Shown: in pieces, positions 26,068 through 35,263 of the stretch | Numbering within the stretch: the stretch's first letter is position 1 | How the letters are laid out: each line of letters starts with the position of its first letter | Position numbers and translations under genes: made by a program | The notes under the pieces: model-generated | What the model saw: only the letters and a program-made list of their open reading frames with translations | Told to the model about the DNA's origin: nothing | Database searches by the model: none | Source: an archaeon | GTDB taxonomy: Archaea > Nanobdellota > Nanobdellia > Woesearchaeales > UBA9642 | Direction: 5' to 3' | Assembly (NCBI GenBank): GCA_043806035.1 | Contig: JAZDHK010000042.1 | Location: 1 to 36,360 of the forward strand | Length of the DNA: 36,360 nucleotides

Positions 26068-26374
26068 AGACGCCAAATCCCTTATCAAAAACGTGCTCGG
26101 ATCACCCATCACGTTCGACGGGCATTTTGGCAAGTGTTTTGAGCATCTCAAGGAGACGCAGCAGCAAGAACTCCTTGCCTGGATTCAGGACTGCAAAGCA
26201 CGCAAAACAAATCCTCTACAATCAAAAACGAACAGGGAACTCATAGGATTTGTCCGCAGGATAGGCAGCAACTTGCGGGCCATTCTGACAAAAAAGAAAC
26301 GAGGTTATTTTCTCGTCTTGTTCCTGGACAAACACAAATACTATGAAACAGAGATGCAGAAGCTCGGTTTCTGA
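26057..26374 (+). CDS. Small basic protein, possibly RelE/ParE-like toxin
   Basis: Overlaps upstream gene; RRIGSNLRAIL...FLVLFLDKHKYYE resembles a RelE-fold C-terminus. Confidence 0.5.
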   Translation: MRPEDAKSLIKNVLGSPITFDGHFGKCFEHLKETQQQELLAWIQDCKARKTNPLQSKTNRELIGFVRRIGSNLRAILTKKKRGYFLVLFLDKHKYYETEMQKLGF

Positions 26375-26784
26375 CGGCTCGGGTGTTTTCTTAATCCTGT
26401 ACGATCTCTTGGATGATGTCTTTGATGAGCGCGTCGACCTTGAACCTGCGTATGCGCCGTGTCGCTGTAAAGATGACAGTATGGTATCCTGATACTCTTC
26501 AAGCACGTACATGGATTCTCTGAGTTTCATGAGATCTCCTTGAACGATAGATCAGGGTGTGGTCTGACGATGATTTTCCCTTCACCGTCGACTGGTCCGA
26601 TGCAGGTTGCGTGCAGTTTCCATGCTTTGTTAAGAAAACGTTCTTGCTTATAACTTTTCGAAAGGAAGTCCAGTCACTCCCTGTGCTTTTCTTAAATCTG
26701 TCCGAAAATCTTCCGGAAAATTCTGCGCAAGAATAATGAAGACAATCATGTTGCTACCACAAAATGATTATTGGAGGGAAGAAC

Positions 26785-27066
26785 ATGCAAAGACTGGAAC
26801 AACTGATAAAATACGACCTGATACGACCAAGCCTCGGGCTAGTCATGTATTCGATAACGCCCGAACTGCCTAAATCGTTGACCATTATTGATTTGCCGCA
26901 GTCCCGTCTTCAAGTGCACATCCACGGGAGTGCTGATGATAATTGCCTGTTTGGCAGCGTCAAACCGTATGGGTCTGAAAAAGAGTGCATTCCTTTGGAC
27001 TCGTACCAGTTGGCAATGGCAGACTATTATGCAGATCAGCTTAACTTGAGCAAGATTGATAAATGA
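26785..27066 (+). CDS. Hypothetical protein
   Basis: ORF with GGAGGG SD before ATG 26785. Confidence 0.55.
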   Translation: MQRLEQLIKYDLIRPSLGLVMYSITPELPKSLTIIDLPQSRLQVHIHGSADDNCLFGSVKPYGSEKECIPLDSYQLAMADYYADQLNLSKIDK

Positions 27067-27085
27067 TGGTTGCAAGGATGGCAAT

Positions 27086-27367
27086 ATGAATTTGTCAACT
27101 CTGAAAAAAGAAGTAGTGGACGTTTATGAAGAATATCTCAGCGGCGGGAAAACTCCCGAGTTGTGTCTTCGTGCTCGTGAATTGCATGTCAAGTACTGCA
27201 CTGCTTCGCCGATACTTCCATCCGACATGTTTGCTGCGATAATGCGTCTGATTGATATTGCAGTAGACACGCACGTCCCACCTCCTGACGCGGATGAAGT
27301 GAAACGTATCCTTCACGAATTGCGAACACTATCACCGAACGAGATCTCGCGGAGAGAATGTGCGTGA
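27086..27367 (+). CDS. Hypothetical helical protein
   Basis: ORF follows 26785..27066 after a 19-nt gap. Confidence 0.55.
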   Translation: MNLSTLKKEVVDVYEEYLSGGKTPELCLRARELHVKYCTASPILPSDMFAAIMRLIDIAVDTHVPPPDADEVKRILHELRTLSPNEISRRECA

Positions 27368-27484
27368 TGTAAACAGTCTCATCTTAGAGGGGAAAGAAGC
27401 GCTATCTTTCCTGAACTGCCCTGAAGCGTCAACATATGCGCTTCATACCTCTTCTGAATGGACTGGATTCCTGGACGTATTTGG

Positions 27485-27518
27485 TCTGATATGATACGCC
27501 CTGTCCAGCTCTTCTGCA
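27485..27518 (-). repeat. Displaced 3' tip copy 4 of 31825..34497
   Basis: Core CTGATATGATACGCCCTGTCCA at 27486-27507; reads AEELDRAYHIR. Confidence 0.9.
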
Positions 27519-27567
27519 TGAGCTGGGTTTGTGGCTTCGTTGAGCGGGTGGTTCTCAAAAAGCAGAT

Positions 27568-27622
27568 GTTATGTGATATAACCAGAAGATATAAATACTC
27601 ATTCTTTGTTATTGTAGATAAC
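27568..27622. promoter_or_regulatory. Paired GTTAT-N5-ATAAC palindromes around a TATA-like box
   Basis: 27568-27582 and 27608-27622, immediately before ATG 27623. Confidence 0.75.
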
Positions 27623-27949
27623 ATGAATGAAAAGAACCACGTGTTGATGTTCAAGGCATCTGCGGATACGCTGTTCCGGATGAAGGACTATACGTCAGCA
27701 ACTATACTCTACTTCAAAACGTGGTTCGCGCTGCATGATTACTTGCTCTTGAAGAAGCTCGGCATCACGCCAAAGGATCACGCGGAGCGTTTTCGTCTTC
27801 TTGAACGTGCGTTTCCTGATGAGTATCTCGCGCTCGACAAGGAGTACACGACATATAGAGACACGTATTCTCGCATCATCTCAGCAGAGGATTGCAGAAG
27901 GGTGCGCGAGGTGGTGGTGCATGCCCTTGAACATCACGGCATTGTCTAA
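27623..27949 (+). CDS. HEPN-like protein
   Basis: ATILYFKTWFA, PKDHAERF, YRDTY; overlaps the downstream MNT gene. Confidence 0.7.
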   Translation: MNEKNHVLMFKASADTLFRMKDYTSATILYFKTWFALHDYLLLKKLGITPKDHAERFRLLERAFPDEYLALDKEYTTYRDTYSRIISAEDCRRVREVVVHALEHHGIV

Positions 27950-28514
27950 ACGATGCAGGGCTTTCGTGAAAGAGTATCCTGCCGTGCAGGACATCATTCT
28001 CTACGGGTCCGTGCGCAAAGGGAAGGGCGCGCCTGCAGATACTGATATTCTCTTGCTCTTTGATGGAAGGATAGACAAGGATGTCGAATACGCATTCCGA
28101 AAAGCGGTCGTGGTGCCCAATTTGGCTGTCGTTTCAAAGACGAGTATGGATGACACGTTCCCTGCCCGAGAAGGAATTTTGTTCGAAGGGTATAGTCTGG
28201 TGTATCGGCAGGCAATTTGTTCCAGGTATGGTTTCAGTCCGTTCGGTTTTTTTCTCTATGATACGGGACAGCTCTCCAACACGATGAGGACGCGGTTCTA
28301 TTATGCGCTGAATGGACGATCGAGAGAAGGTGTCGCGAAGCGGCTGCGCATGATGAAGCTTTCGGCAAACGTTCTCGCCGTTCCTCTACCTCATCTGGAG
28401 GAGGCGAAAGCATTTCTCGTAGCATGGAAGTTGCCGTTCGTGTTCGTGCCGATGCTCATTCCAGAACGGCTTGCACGAAAAGACTTGTTAGTTATACCTA
28501 ATAACAAGAAATAA
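27921..28514 (+). CDS. MNT nucleotidyltransferase with extra C-terminal domain
   Basis: IILYGSVRKG...DTDILL; C-terminal YDT...RTRFYYALNGR domain. Confidence 0.8.
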   Translation: MPLNITALSKRCRAFVKEYPAVQDIILYGSVRKGKGAPADTDILLLFDGRIDKDVEYAFRKAVVVPNLAVVSKTSMDDTFPAREGILFEGYSLVYRQAICSRYGFSPFGFFLYDTGQLSNTMRTRFYYALNGRSREGVAKRLRMMKLSANVLAVPLPHLEEAKAFLVAWKLPFVFVPMLIPERLARKDLLVIPNNKK

Positions 28515-28545
28515 TATTTCATCTTTATTTGTTATCAGAAATAAC
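28491..28545. promoter_or_regulatory. Second pair of GTTAT-N5-ATAAC palindromes
   Basis: 28491-28505 and 28531-28545; same 40-bp period as 27568/27608. Confidence 0.75.
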
Positions 28546-28566
28546 ACATGCACTTCTCTGTTCGTC

Positions 28567-28642
28567 TCACTGCCTGATATGATACGCCCTGTCCAATTCT
28601 TCCGCGTCAGACAGGTTGATCGCTTCGTTTGTCGCTTTGATG
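28567..28642 (-). repeat. Displaced 3' tip copy 3 of 31825..34497
   Basis: IKATNEAINLSDAEELDRAYHIRQ*; core at 28574-28595. Confidence 0.95.
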
Positions 28643-28765
28643 CCATGTGTGGCAAAGGTACGATTTTGTCGTACGTTTCTTCTCTCTACAGATAGTCCTT
28701 GGCCACTGGCCAGGTATGCGCATGATTTATAAGCATGAACATCTGCTTTTCTCGGGAGGTTGAAC

Positions 28766-29598
28766 ATGCGTGAGGATACTGCACTGGTCGTCTTCCAGGA
28801 TAAGAGAATAAGGAGAAGGTGGTATAGTGGTGAATGGTTCTATTCAGTGGTTGATATCGTCGGAGTCCTCACCGATAGTCCTACCCCTAGGCAGTATTGG
28901 GGGAAGGTCAAGGACAGAGAATTCATGGCTCTCGAACTGTCCCCAATTTGGGTACAGTTGAAGCTGCCTGCAGAGGATGGAAAACTGAGGTTCACGGATT
29001 GTGTGCATACGAAAAATGCTTTCAGACTCATTCAGTCTATACCCTCAAAGAAAGCCGAACCATTCAAGCAATGGCTGGCACAGCTGGCTCAGGATCGCAT
29101 ACGGGAGATAGAGAATCCCGAGCTTGCGCAAGACCGGATCAAAGAGTATTACGAACTCAAAGGCTATCCGAAAGAATGGATTGACAAGCGCCTGAGAGGA
29201 ATAGCCATCAGACAAGAACTGACGGGTGAGTGGAAAAATAGAGGTGTTGTCGAAGAAAAAGAGTTTGCAATACTCACCAATGAAATCAGCAAAGCAACCT
29301 TTGGAAAAACAGTTGTGAGTACAAAGAATTTAAGCGACTGCAGAAGAAGAACCAGAATTTACGAGACCACATGACCGATTGGGAACTCATCTTGACGATG
29401 GTTGGAGAAAAAGCCACGACCGACATCACTATCGCAAAAGACTCTCGCGGATTAGGTCAGTGCAAGGATTCCGCTCAAGAAGGGGGAAAAATCGCGCACA
29501 ACACGAGAAAGGAACTCGAGCAAAAGATAGGAACCCCCTTGGTCTCCGCAGATAATTTTCTTGGGAAAACACTGCAGAAAAAGAAACGCGCACCTTAA
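28766..29598 (+). pseudogene. Bro-N domain (antirepressor-like) gene with a 1-nt frameshift near 29315
   Basis: FQDKRIRRRW...WFYSVVDIV...IPSKKAEPFKQWLA; after FGKTV the homologous EYK...QNLRDHMTDWEL continues in another frame. Confidence 0.85.
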
Positions 29599-29604
29599 GA
29601 AATA

Positions 29605-29652
29605 CTACTCCCTGATATGATACGCCCTGTCCAGCGCTTCCGCGTTCGGCAA
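29605..29652 (-). repeat. Displaced 3' tip copy 2 of 31825..34497
   Basis: LPNAEALDRAYHIRE*; core at 29612-29633. Confidence 0.95.
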
Positions 29653-29847
29653 ACGTATGATTTTATCCTACGGGTTTCCTCTGTCTGAAAAGGATTTCCT
29701 GAAAATTCGTGGATGTTTGGTGCAAAACGTTATTACTGGGTATGTTGTCAAAGTGACGTTGCAGATGATCGTGTGAAAACAACAGCTAGTGTTCGGGAGA
29801 GAGGTGGAGCCAAAACATTTATAAATATAAGTAATTATTCTTACCCT

Positions 29848-30405
29848 ATGGTAAGATTTTATACCTATTTGGAAATGTTCCTTGATGCGGTGGACAAACA
29901 AGTGAGTCTTGGTGATTTCGAACGCAGGTTCAAGACCCCTCACCAGACGGTACGCAAGCATCTTGAGCGTTTTGTCCGTGCAAAGGTACTTAGGGAAGAA
30001 AGAAGAGGGAGGTTTCTCTTCTACTCGCTGAACAGGGAATTGCCTCTGACTCGAGAGTATCTTGTCCTTTGCGAGAAGGAACGCCTGCTCAGTTTCTTGG
30101 AGAAGAGCCAGCTGTTCTCGAGATTGTATGCTGCGCTTTCAGGATTCTTTCCAGGTGCAACGATTGTCTTGTTTGGCTCTGCGGTGACGCAGAATGAATT
30201 CTCTGACATTGACCTGCTGATACTCTCCGGAAGCAAAGAACTCAGGAAGGCACTGACGAATTTTTCCATGACGTATTCCGTGAAGATACATCCTGTGCAG
30301 ACGACAAAGGAATACTTGACTCCGACATTCATCAAAGAAGTGAGAAAGAAACACGTCATATTCAATAATCACGACAAGGCGATGGTGGTGCTGTATGGGT
30401 ATTGA
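29848..30405 (+). CDS. HTH + MNT antitoxin
   Basis: SLGDFERRFKTPHQTVRKHLE HTH; LFGSAV...SDIDLL; CTTACC-N4-GGTAAG palindrome over the start codon. Confidence 0.85.
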   Translation: MVRFYTYLEMFLDAVDKQVSLGDFERRFKTPHQTVRKHLERFVRAKVLREERRGRFLFYSLNRELPLTREYLVLCEKERLLSFLEKSQLFSRLYAALSGFFPGATIVLFGSAVTQNEFSDIDLLILSGSKELRKALTNFSMTYSVKIHPVQTTKEYLTPTFIKEVRKKHVIFNNHDKAMVVLYGY

Positions 30406-30853
30406 GTGGTGCAAGAAGCAGGGAATGAAGCTTGTCGAACCCAATGATGATCTGGCAGAAGAATACTACTTGAGTGCGGAAGAGACGCTGCGAGTGACGA
30501 ACCTCATCAAGAATTCAGGCTCGAACATGTGGCTGGCTACCCAGAAATACTATGTGGAATACTTGGCAGCATATGCGCTGCTCATGAAGCTAGGTGTCAA
30601 GGCTGAAATCCACTCCTGCACGATTGATATCATCCGCCTCCTTGAGGAAGAAGGCATCATCACTTTCCGCTTTGCCGACCAACTCATTCACGATAAAGAA
30701 CTAAGGATTGACAACCAGTACTATCTCAAGAACAGGCCAGTCGACCTTAATCCCAAGGCGCTTGCCGAACTGCTGTTGCACACGCGCAAGCTGCTCGATA
30801 CCCTGACTGAGAAACAAGTGCAGCATATAAGAAAAAAGATAGCTACTGCCTGA
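30395..30853 (+). CDS. HEPN-domain protein
   Basis: KYYVEY, AEIHSC, LRIDNQYY; homologous to 24385..24867; stop codon lies inside the tip repeat. Confidence 0.85.
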   Translation: MGIEWCKKQGMKLVEPNDDLAEEYYLSAEETLRVTNLIKNSGSNMWLATQKYYVEYLAAYALLMKLGVKAEIHSCTIDIIRLLEEEGIITFRFADQLIHDKELRIDNQYYLKNRPVDLNPKALAELLLHTRKLLDTLTEKQVQHIRKKIATA

Positions 30854-30924
30854 TATGATACGCCCTGTCCAATTCTTCCGCGTTGGGCAGGTTGATCGCT
30901 TCGTTCAATGCTTTGATATTTGCG
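30843..30924 (-). repeat. Displaced 3' tip copy 1 of 31825..34497
   Basis: ANIKALNEAINLPNAEELDRAYHIRQ*; core at 30850-30871. Confidence 0.95.
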
Positions 30925-30933
30925 TGAATTAGT

Positions 30934-31773
30934 TCAGAGTCGCGGGAGCCTCTTTCTTTTCTCCCTTTCAGGCTCTGCCAAATAATTTTCTTCAGAAATG
31001 ATGGTTTTGCCTATTCTTTTTTCAGCGTCCTTTCTTGCGCTTCCTGCGACTTCTCCGCCTGATTTGGCGGCGCGCTTGCAGTCTTTGAACTGCTTTGCGT
31101 CTTTGTTTCTTGTAATCTCTGTTGTTACTCTTTCTCCGAGCATGTTGAAGATGAGTTCAAGGTCAGTCATGTGATCCCTGAGATTCTGCTGTTTCAGGCC
31201 TTTGTGTTTCTTGTACTCCTCGATCGTTTTCCCGAAGGTTGCCTTGCTTATCTCATTGGTGAGGATGGCATATTCCCTGTCTTCTTCAACGCCTCTCTTC
31301 TTCCATTCGTCGGTGAGTTCCTGCCTGACAGCGATGCCTCTGACTCTTTTCTCTATTCAATCATCAGAATACCCTTTTTCCCTGTACAACTCCTTCATTC
31401 TCGCTTGCGCAAGCTCGGGGTTCTGTATTTCCTCAACACGTTCATGGCCGACTCTGGCCAGCCACAACTTAAATGGCTCTGCATTCTTTGAAGGTATTGC
31501 TTGCACTATCCTGAAAAGCACCTCGGTATTGGCGCAGTCAGTGAAGTACTGCTTGCCATCCGAAGAGGGCAGTTTGAGCTGGTTACATTTTGTAACCACC
31601 TCGCTTCCCTCCTTGCCCAGTCTGTGCTTGAGGACTTTCCAATAATTACGGGCATCTTCGCTCCTGCTAAGAGCGCCAACAATGTCAACCACTGAAAACC
31701 ACCAGGCATCTTTGTGCCAGACTCTCCTGATCTTCTTATCTTGGAAGACGACAAGCGCAGTTTCTTTATCCAT
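30934..31773 (-). pseudogene. Bro-N domain gene with in-frame TGA at a conserved Trp (31357-31359)
   Basis: KGYSDD*IEKRVRGIAVRQEL versus KGYPKEWIDKRLRGIAIRQEL; frame stays open to 30934. Confidence 0.85.
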
Positions 31774-31824
31774 GCTACGTCAAGAAAACTTTCTCGCTTA
31801 TAAATTTCTCGCCAAGAAGTCCCG

Positions 31825-34497
31825 TCACTGCCTGATATGATACGCCCTGTCCAGCGCTTCCGCGTCCGGCAGGTTGATCGCTTCGTTCAACGCCTTGATG
31901 TCCGCGCGGGACATGGTGGACCTCTGGCTCTGTTGGTGGAGTACTGTTTCATAGGGTGTGAGTGTTGAGTCTACAGTGCCGACTTCGTTAGGGAATGCAA
32001 GTGCGCTTAAATTTTCTGCAATTATGTGATTTTGTGGCAAGTATTGTACTATTTCCATATATGCTGATTCAAGAATACCGTCGAAATTTCTATCGTACGT
32101 GGCGATGAATGACATGGTTAGTGATTTGTAGCTAGGTAGTAATCCATCGTGGGTTGTTCCGTATCCTTCGATGTAATAGCTGCTGTCCTGCAGTGTCGCT
32201 CTGTGCGAAGTTGGCCTGGCCCAGGGATGGATGATGTTGCTGTTTATTTCGTTGAGGACGAGATTTTCTTGCAGTATTTGTTCTTGGTCAGTCCATTGCA
32301 GGCCATTGTTTGGGTTCGTCTTCCCGATCCACCACGTGTACCCGCCGTTCTCGAAGCCCTGGTTTGCGTTGGAGAAATTTATCTTTGCAAGACCAAACCA
32401 AGATGGATTAGATGGGATTGGCACGTTTCTTGCTTCTGCAATAAATCGCCAATATCTAAATGGAGATATGTTTTGCTCTTGCAGCGCATCATATGTTGAT
32501 ACGAGGATGGTCGTGTCACGATCAGAAGCGGTATTGATGTCTGCGGTTCTTTCGAAGCTCTGCACGTTGTTGTTGAGCGTGTGCACTGCCCTGACGGGAA
32601 TGATGCCGCCTGGCAATACTTGCGTGTGCAGCATATCGCCAAAAAGGTAATCCTGCCCGTTGATAGTAACGATGCCATTGGATAGAGGTTCGAGTGTCTC
32701 GAGGTCGGCGATGCTGATGCGTAAATCCGTCATTGGCAAGACGTTATAGTTGAGCGTTCTGTCTGTGAACGCGCCGTGCGGGTCAGTGACGCGTAAAGAA
32801 ACATTGCCTGGCCCTGAAGCGTCTGGCTGCAGTGCAAAGCGCAGCACGTGATTGTCTAGTGATGCCGTTGCGGGTCCGTTCTGTGACTGTATTGCGAAGG
32901 TGAGCAGGGAGTCGGGTGATTGCGCATCTGATGTGACTGCATCGAGGTCAACGCTTTGCATGCTGCTGTCCTCGTACGCTGTCCTTGTGGGCAGGGTCAT
33001 TTGTGGAGGGGTGTTTCTTGACTGTATGGGCTGTTCGAGGATGATGAGGGAGTCCTTGCCTTGGATGCTCGCGCTGGCAAGGAAGTTGCCGATGTCGTAC
33101 GTTGCGGGAATGAGGATGTTTGCTGGCGTCACCAAACAAAACGAGGTGTCCGGTCCGAAGCCTTTGTTGTAGAGTATGGAGAGGGTGTCTGGTCGTGAGC
33201 TTTGTACTTGGATGTTTGCGTTCGTGACGAGGGGAGCATTCCCTATGTTGGGGGTGACGGTGAGGCTTGCGTTGTACGTAATGGGGGGGATGGTGCTGAC
33301 GTGGAGTGGCTGTTCCTGCGTGATGATGGTGTCTCTCGCGGTGAGGATTGCGCGCAGGAGATATTCTCCGTTCATGTATGTTCTGTTGATGCTGAACGGG
33401 CTCTGCGGATTGTTAATAGTGGTGTCTGTGCCGTCGCTAAAGTCAACGTTCAGCCGTTGGATGAGGGAATCATGGCCTAGTGTTGTGCCGAAGCTGGCGA
33501 GTATGTTTGCAAGTAAGGGTTCTGTGCCTTCAGCAGGGTCAACGAGGAAGTTGAGGTAGTGCTGTGCATTCACTGCCTGCACGGGCTGTGTCAGGATGAT
33601 GCTTGAGTCCTGTCCGACGATGGTTGCTCGTGCAAGGTATTCTCCCCTGCTGCCGTACAGGAGGGGAATGATGGTGAGGCTGTCCGGGTGTACGATGACG
33701 GTGTCAGGGCCTTCTCCTTTGTTGAATCGCAATGATGCAATGAGATTTTGCGGGTAGGCAATGATTCTTGCTTCTGTCTGCAATGGCCAGACCCCTGTTG
33801 AGGGATTGATGTCGAGCGATCCCCTTATTTCTCCAGGCTGAACAATAGGATAGACGTGGATTGGCCTTTGCACGATGATTTCTCTGCTGCACAAGCGGAA
33901 TCTTGCGCGGGCTTGGACGGTATAGTCTCCTGCCGTTGCATACTGGTGAGGGACTTGCAGGGTGAACGTTAATTGATGCTGGGGAACGTTGACTGTAGTG
34001 TCAAGTCCTTCTGTCGTGAGCCGTAGCGTCCTGAAGAATGCTGCGGGAATGACCGTTGCTGAGAGCAGGGCTTCTAGGCCTTCACCCACTGAGTCAGGAG
34101 CGTCTACGCGGAGGAAGAAGCAGCGTGCTCGTGTCGTATCCCTGGCGCGTATGAACAAGTCTCCGTTGAGGTAACCGTCTGCAGTAACCAATGTTGGTCG
34201 GGTCGTGTCCGTGAACTGGTATTCGAGAGTGAAGTCCTCGGTTTCCTGCTCTGGTTTGAGGACGCCGTCAGGCAGTTCCTGATACGTGAGGTTGATGGAG
34301 TCAAGGACTACATTGCCGTCGACGTGCAGGTAGTGTTCGACGGGGATGTCGTAGGGCACTTCGTCTTCGAGGGTGAGCTGCATGTTCACGGTGGGAGTTG
34401 GTTCTTCTGGTTTTGTGGGCGTTTTGTCGCAGCCGATGATGATGCTGCCAGCTACCGCTGTGGCGAGTGCCGTTTTGAGCAGGTTTTTCGCGCGCAT
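31825..34497 (-). CDS. Large lipoprotein-like surface protein with PKD/Ig-like and cadherin-like repeats
   Basis: Signal ending IIIGC; repeated beta-sandwich units (e.g. INPSTGVWPL, VDPAEGTEPL, VTPNIGNAPL); NTPP...EDS...VDLD unit; TTTATAAA 24 nt upstream. Confidence 0.85.
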   Translation of the reverse strand: MRAKNLLKTALATAVAGSIIIGCDKTPTKPEEPTPTVNMQLTLEDEVPYDIPVEHYLHVDGNVVLDSINLTYQELPDGVLKPEQETEDFTLEYQFTDTTRPTLVTADGYLNGDLFIRARDTTRARCFFLRVDAPDSVGEGLEALLSATVIPAAFFRTLRLTTEGLDTTVNVPQHQLTFTLQVPHQYATAGDYTVQARARFRLCSREIIVQRPIHVYPIVQPGEIRGSLDINPSTGVWPLQTEARIIAYPQNLIASLRFNKGEGPDTVIVHPDSLTIIPLLYGSRGEYLARATIVGQDSSIILTQPVQAVNAQHYLNFLVDPAEGTEPLLANILASFGTTLGHDSLIQRLNVDFSDGTDTTINNPQSPFSINRTYMNGEYLLRAILTARDTIITQEQPLHVSTIPPITYNASLTVTPNIGNAPLVTNANIQVQSSRPDTLSILYNKGFGPDTSFCLVTPANILIPATYDIGNFLASASIQGKDSLIILEQPIQSRNTPPQMTLPTRTAYEDSSMQSVDLDAVTSDAQSPDSLLTFAIQSQNGPATASLDNHVLRFALQPDASGPGNVSLRVTDPHGAFTDRTLNYNVLPMTDLRISIADLETLEPLSNGIVTINGQDYLFGDMLHTQVLPGGIIPVRAVHTLNNNVQSFERTADINTASDRDTTILVSTYDALQEQNISPFRYWRFIAEARNVPIPSNPSWFGLAKINFSNANQGFENGGYTWWIGKTNPNNGLQWTDQEQILQENLVLNEINSNIIHPWARPTSHRATLQDSSYYIEGYGTTHDGLLPSYKSLTMSFIATYDRNFDGILESAYMEIVQYLPQNHIIAENLSALAFPNEVGTVDSTLTPYETVLHQQSQRSTMSRADIKALNEAINLPDAEALDRAYHIRQ

Positions 34498-34570
34498 ACT
34501 CAAAATATACACAACTCCTCTTTATAAATTTTGTTATTACTCAATAGTGAATATGTTGTTTGGGGTGGTG

Positions 34571-35185
34571 TTATCGTACGTACACGCGCTGGAAGTCGAT
34601 GACGAGCGCTCCCATGTTCAGCTCTCCTCGCGCCTCGACGTACGCATAGCCTGCAGCAGGGAAGGTGTGCGTTACTCTCGCAATGTACTCTTGCGTTGCG
34701 GGCAGAGCAATCGTCGTATCAAGACCATCTGTTGACAAGCGCAGATTGCTGAATAGCCGTGCAGGACTGATACGTGCTTCAAGCACTGCTGTCCTGTCGA
34801 GCGTGTCAGGCAGCTGCAGGGTAACGTACACTTCTCGTGCTCTCGTCAACACCTCATCAAGGACAACACCGTTTCCGGGAAGATATGCTTCTGCCTTCAC
34901 GTGTGTCACTATGCCCGTATCATAGAATGCGTAATTGTATGAAAGATCCTGCACTTCCTGCTCAGGATACAGGCTATGCACATACTCATTCTGCACGTAC
35001 ATCCTGATGCTGTCAGACACGAGCTCTCCTTCCACATGCACGTTGATGGGAACGTCGATGCCTGCAGGGACTTCTTCCGCAACGCTTACGGCGACATGAG
35101 CATCAATGCCCGGAGATTTCATCACTTTCTCTGAACAGGAAATGATGAGACAGGTGCCAAGGGCAAGGACGAGTGCTGATTTCAC
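34571..35185 (-). CDS. Lipoprotein-like short paralog of the N-terminal part of 31825..34497
   Basis: EEVPAGIDVPINVHVEG...DSI...PEQE...LRLSTDGLDTTI versus DEVPYDIPVEHYLHVDG...DSI...PEQE...LRLTTEGLDTTV; LIISC; GGAGG SD before GTG 35185. Confidence 0.8.
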   Translation of the reverse strand: MKSALVLALGTCLIISCSEKVMKSPGIDAHVAVSVAEEVPAGIDVPINVHVEGELVSDSIRMYVQNEYVHSLYPEQEVQDLSYNYAFYDTGIVTHVKAEAYLPGNGVVLDEVLTRAREVYVTLQLPDTLDRTAVLEARISPARLFSNLRLSTDGLDTTIALPATQEYIARVTHTFPAAGYAYVEARGELNMGALVIDFQRVYVR

Positions 35186-35263
35186 ACATACGCCTCCAGC
35201 AGACCGTGCTGCCACGCCGAAATGAAGCACTAAGTATTTAAATATACTTCGCACGAGCAGGCC

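Larger units (their letters stand above)
23771..31824. mobile_element. Cassette array between two convergent surface-protein genes
   Basis: Only TA-like, Bro-N and orphan genes, punctuated by duplicated 3' tips of both flanking genes. Confidence 0.7.

Noticed and set aside
26390-26623. Possible decayed minus-strand gene (TATA, ATG at 26623, coding-like tail ...FKVDALIKDIIQEIVQD*)
   Set aside because: Needs several frameshifts and has no recognisable homolog in the window.
28567-28767. 66-aa minus-strand ORF ending in DRAYHIRQ as a real gene
   Set aside because: Only the last ~25 codons match the lipoprotein; the rest is the Bro promoter region read backwards.
31357-31359. TGA-as-Trp recoding
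   Set aside because: Conserved genes (gdh, rps17e) end in TGA and encode Trp with TGG elsewhere; a single nonsense mutation is simpler.
27486-31853. CRISPR array interpretation of the 22-bp repeats
   Set aside because: Spacing is ~1 kb with whole genes between copies, the repeat is coding sequence, and no cas genes are present.
23702-31906. Diversity-generating retroelement (TR/VR pairs at gene 3' ends)
   Set aside because: No reverse transcriptase in the window, and differences between copies are mainly synonymous rather than restricted to adenines.
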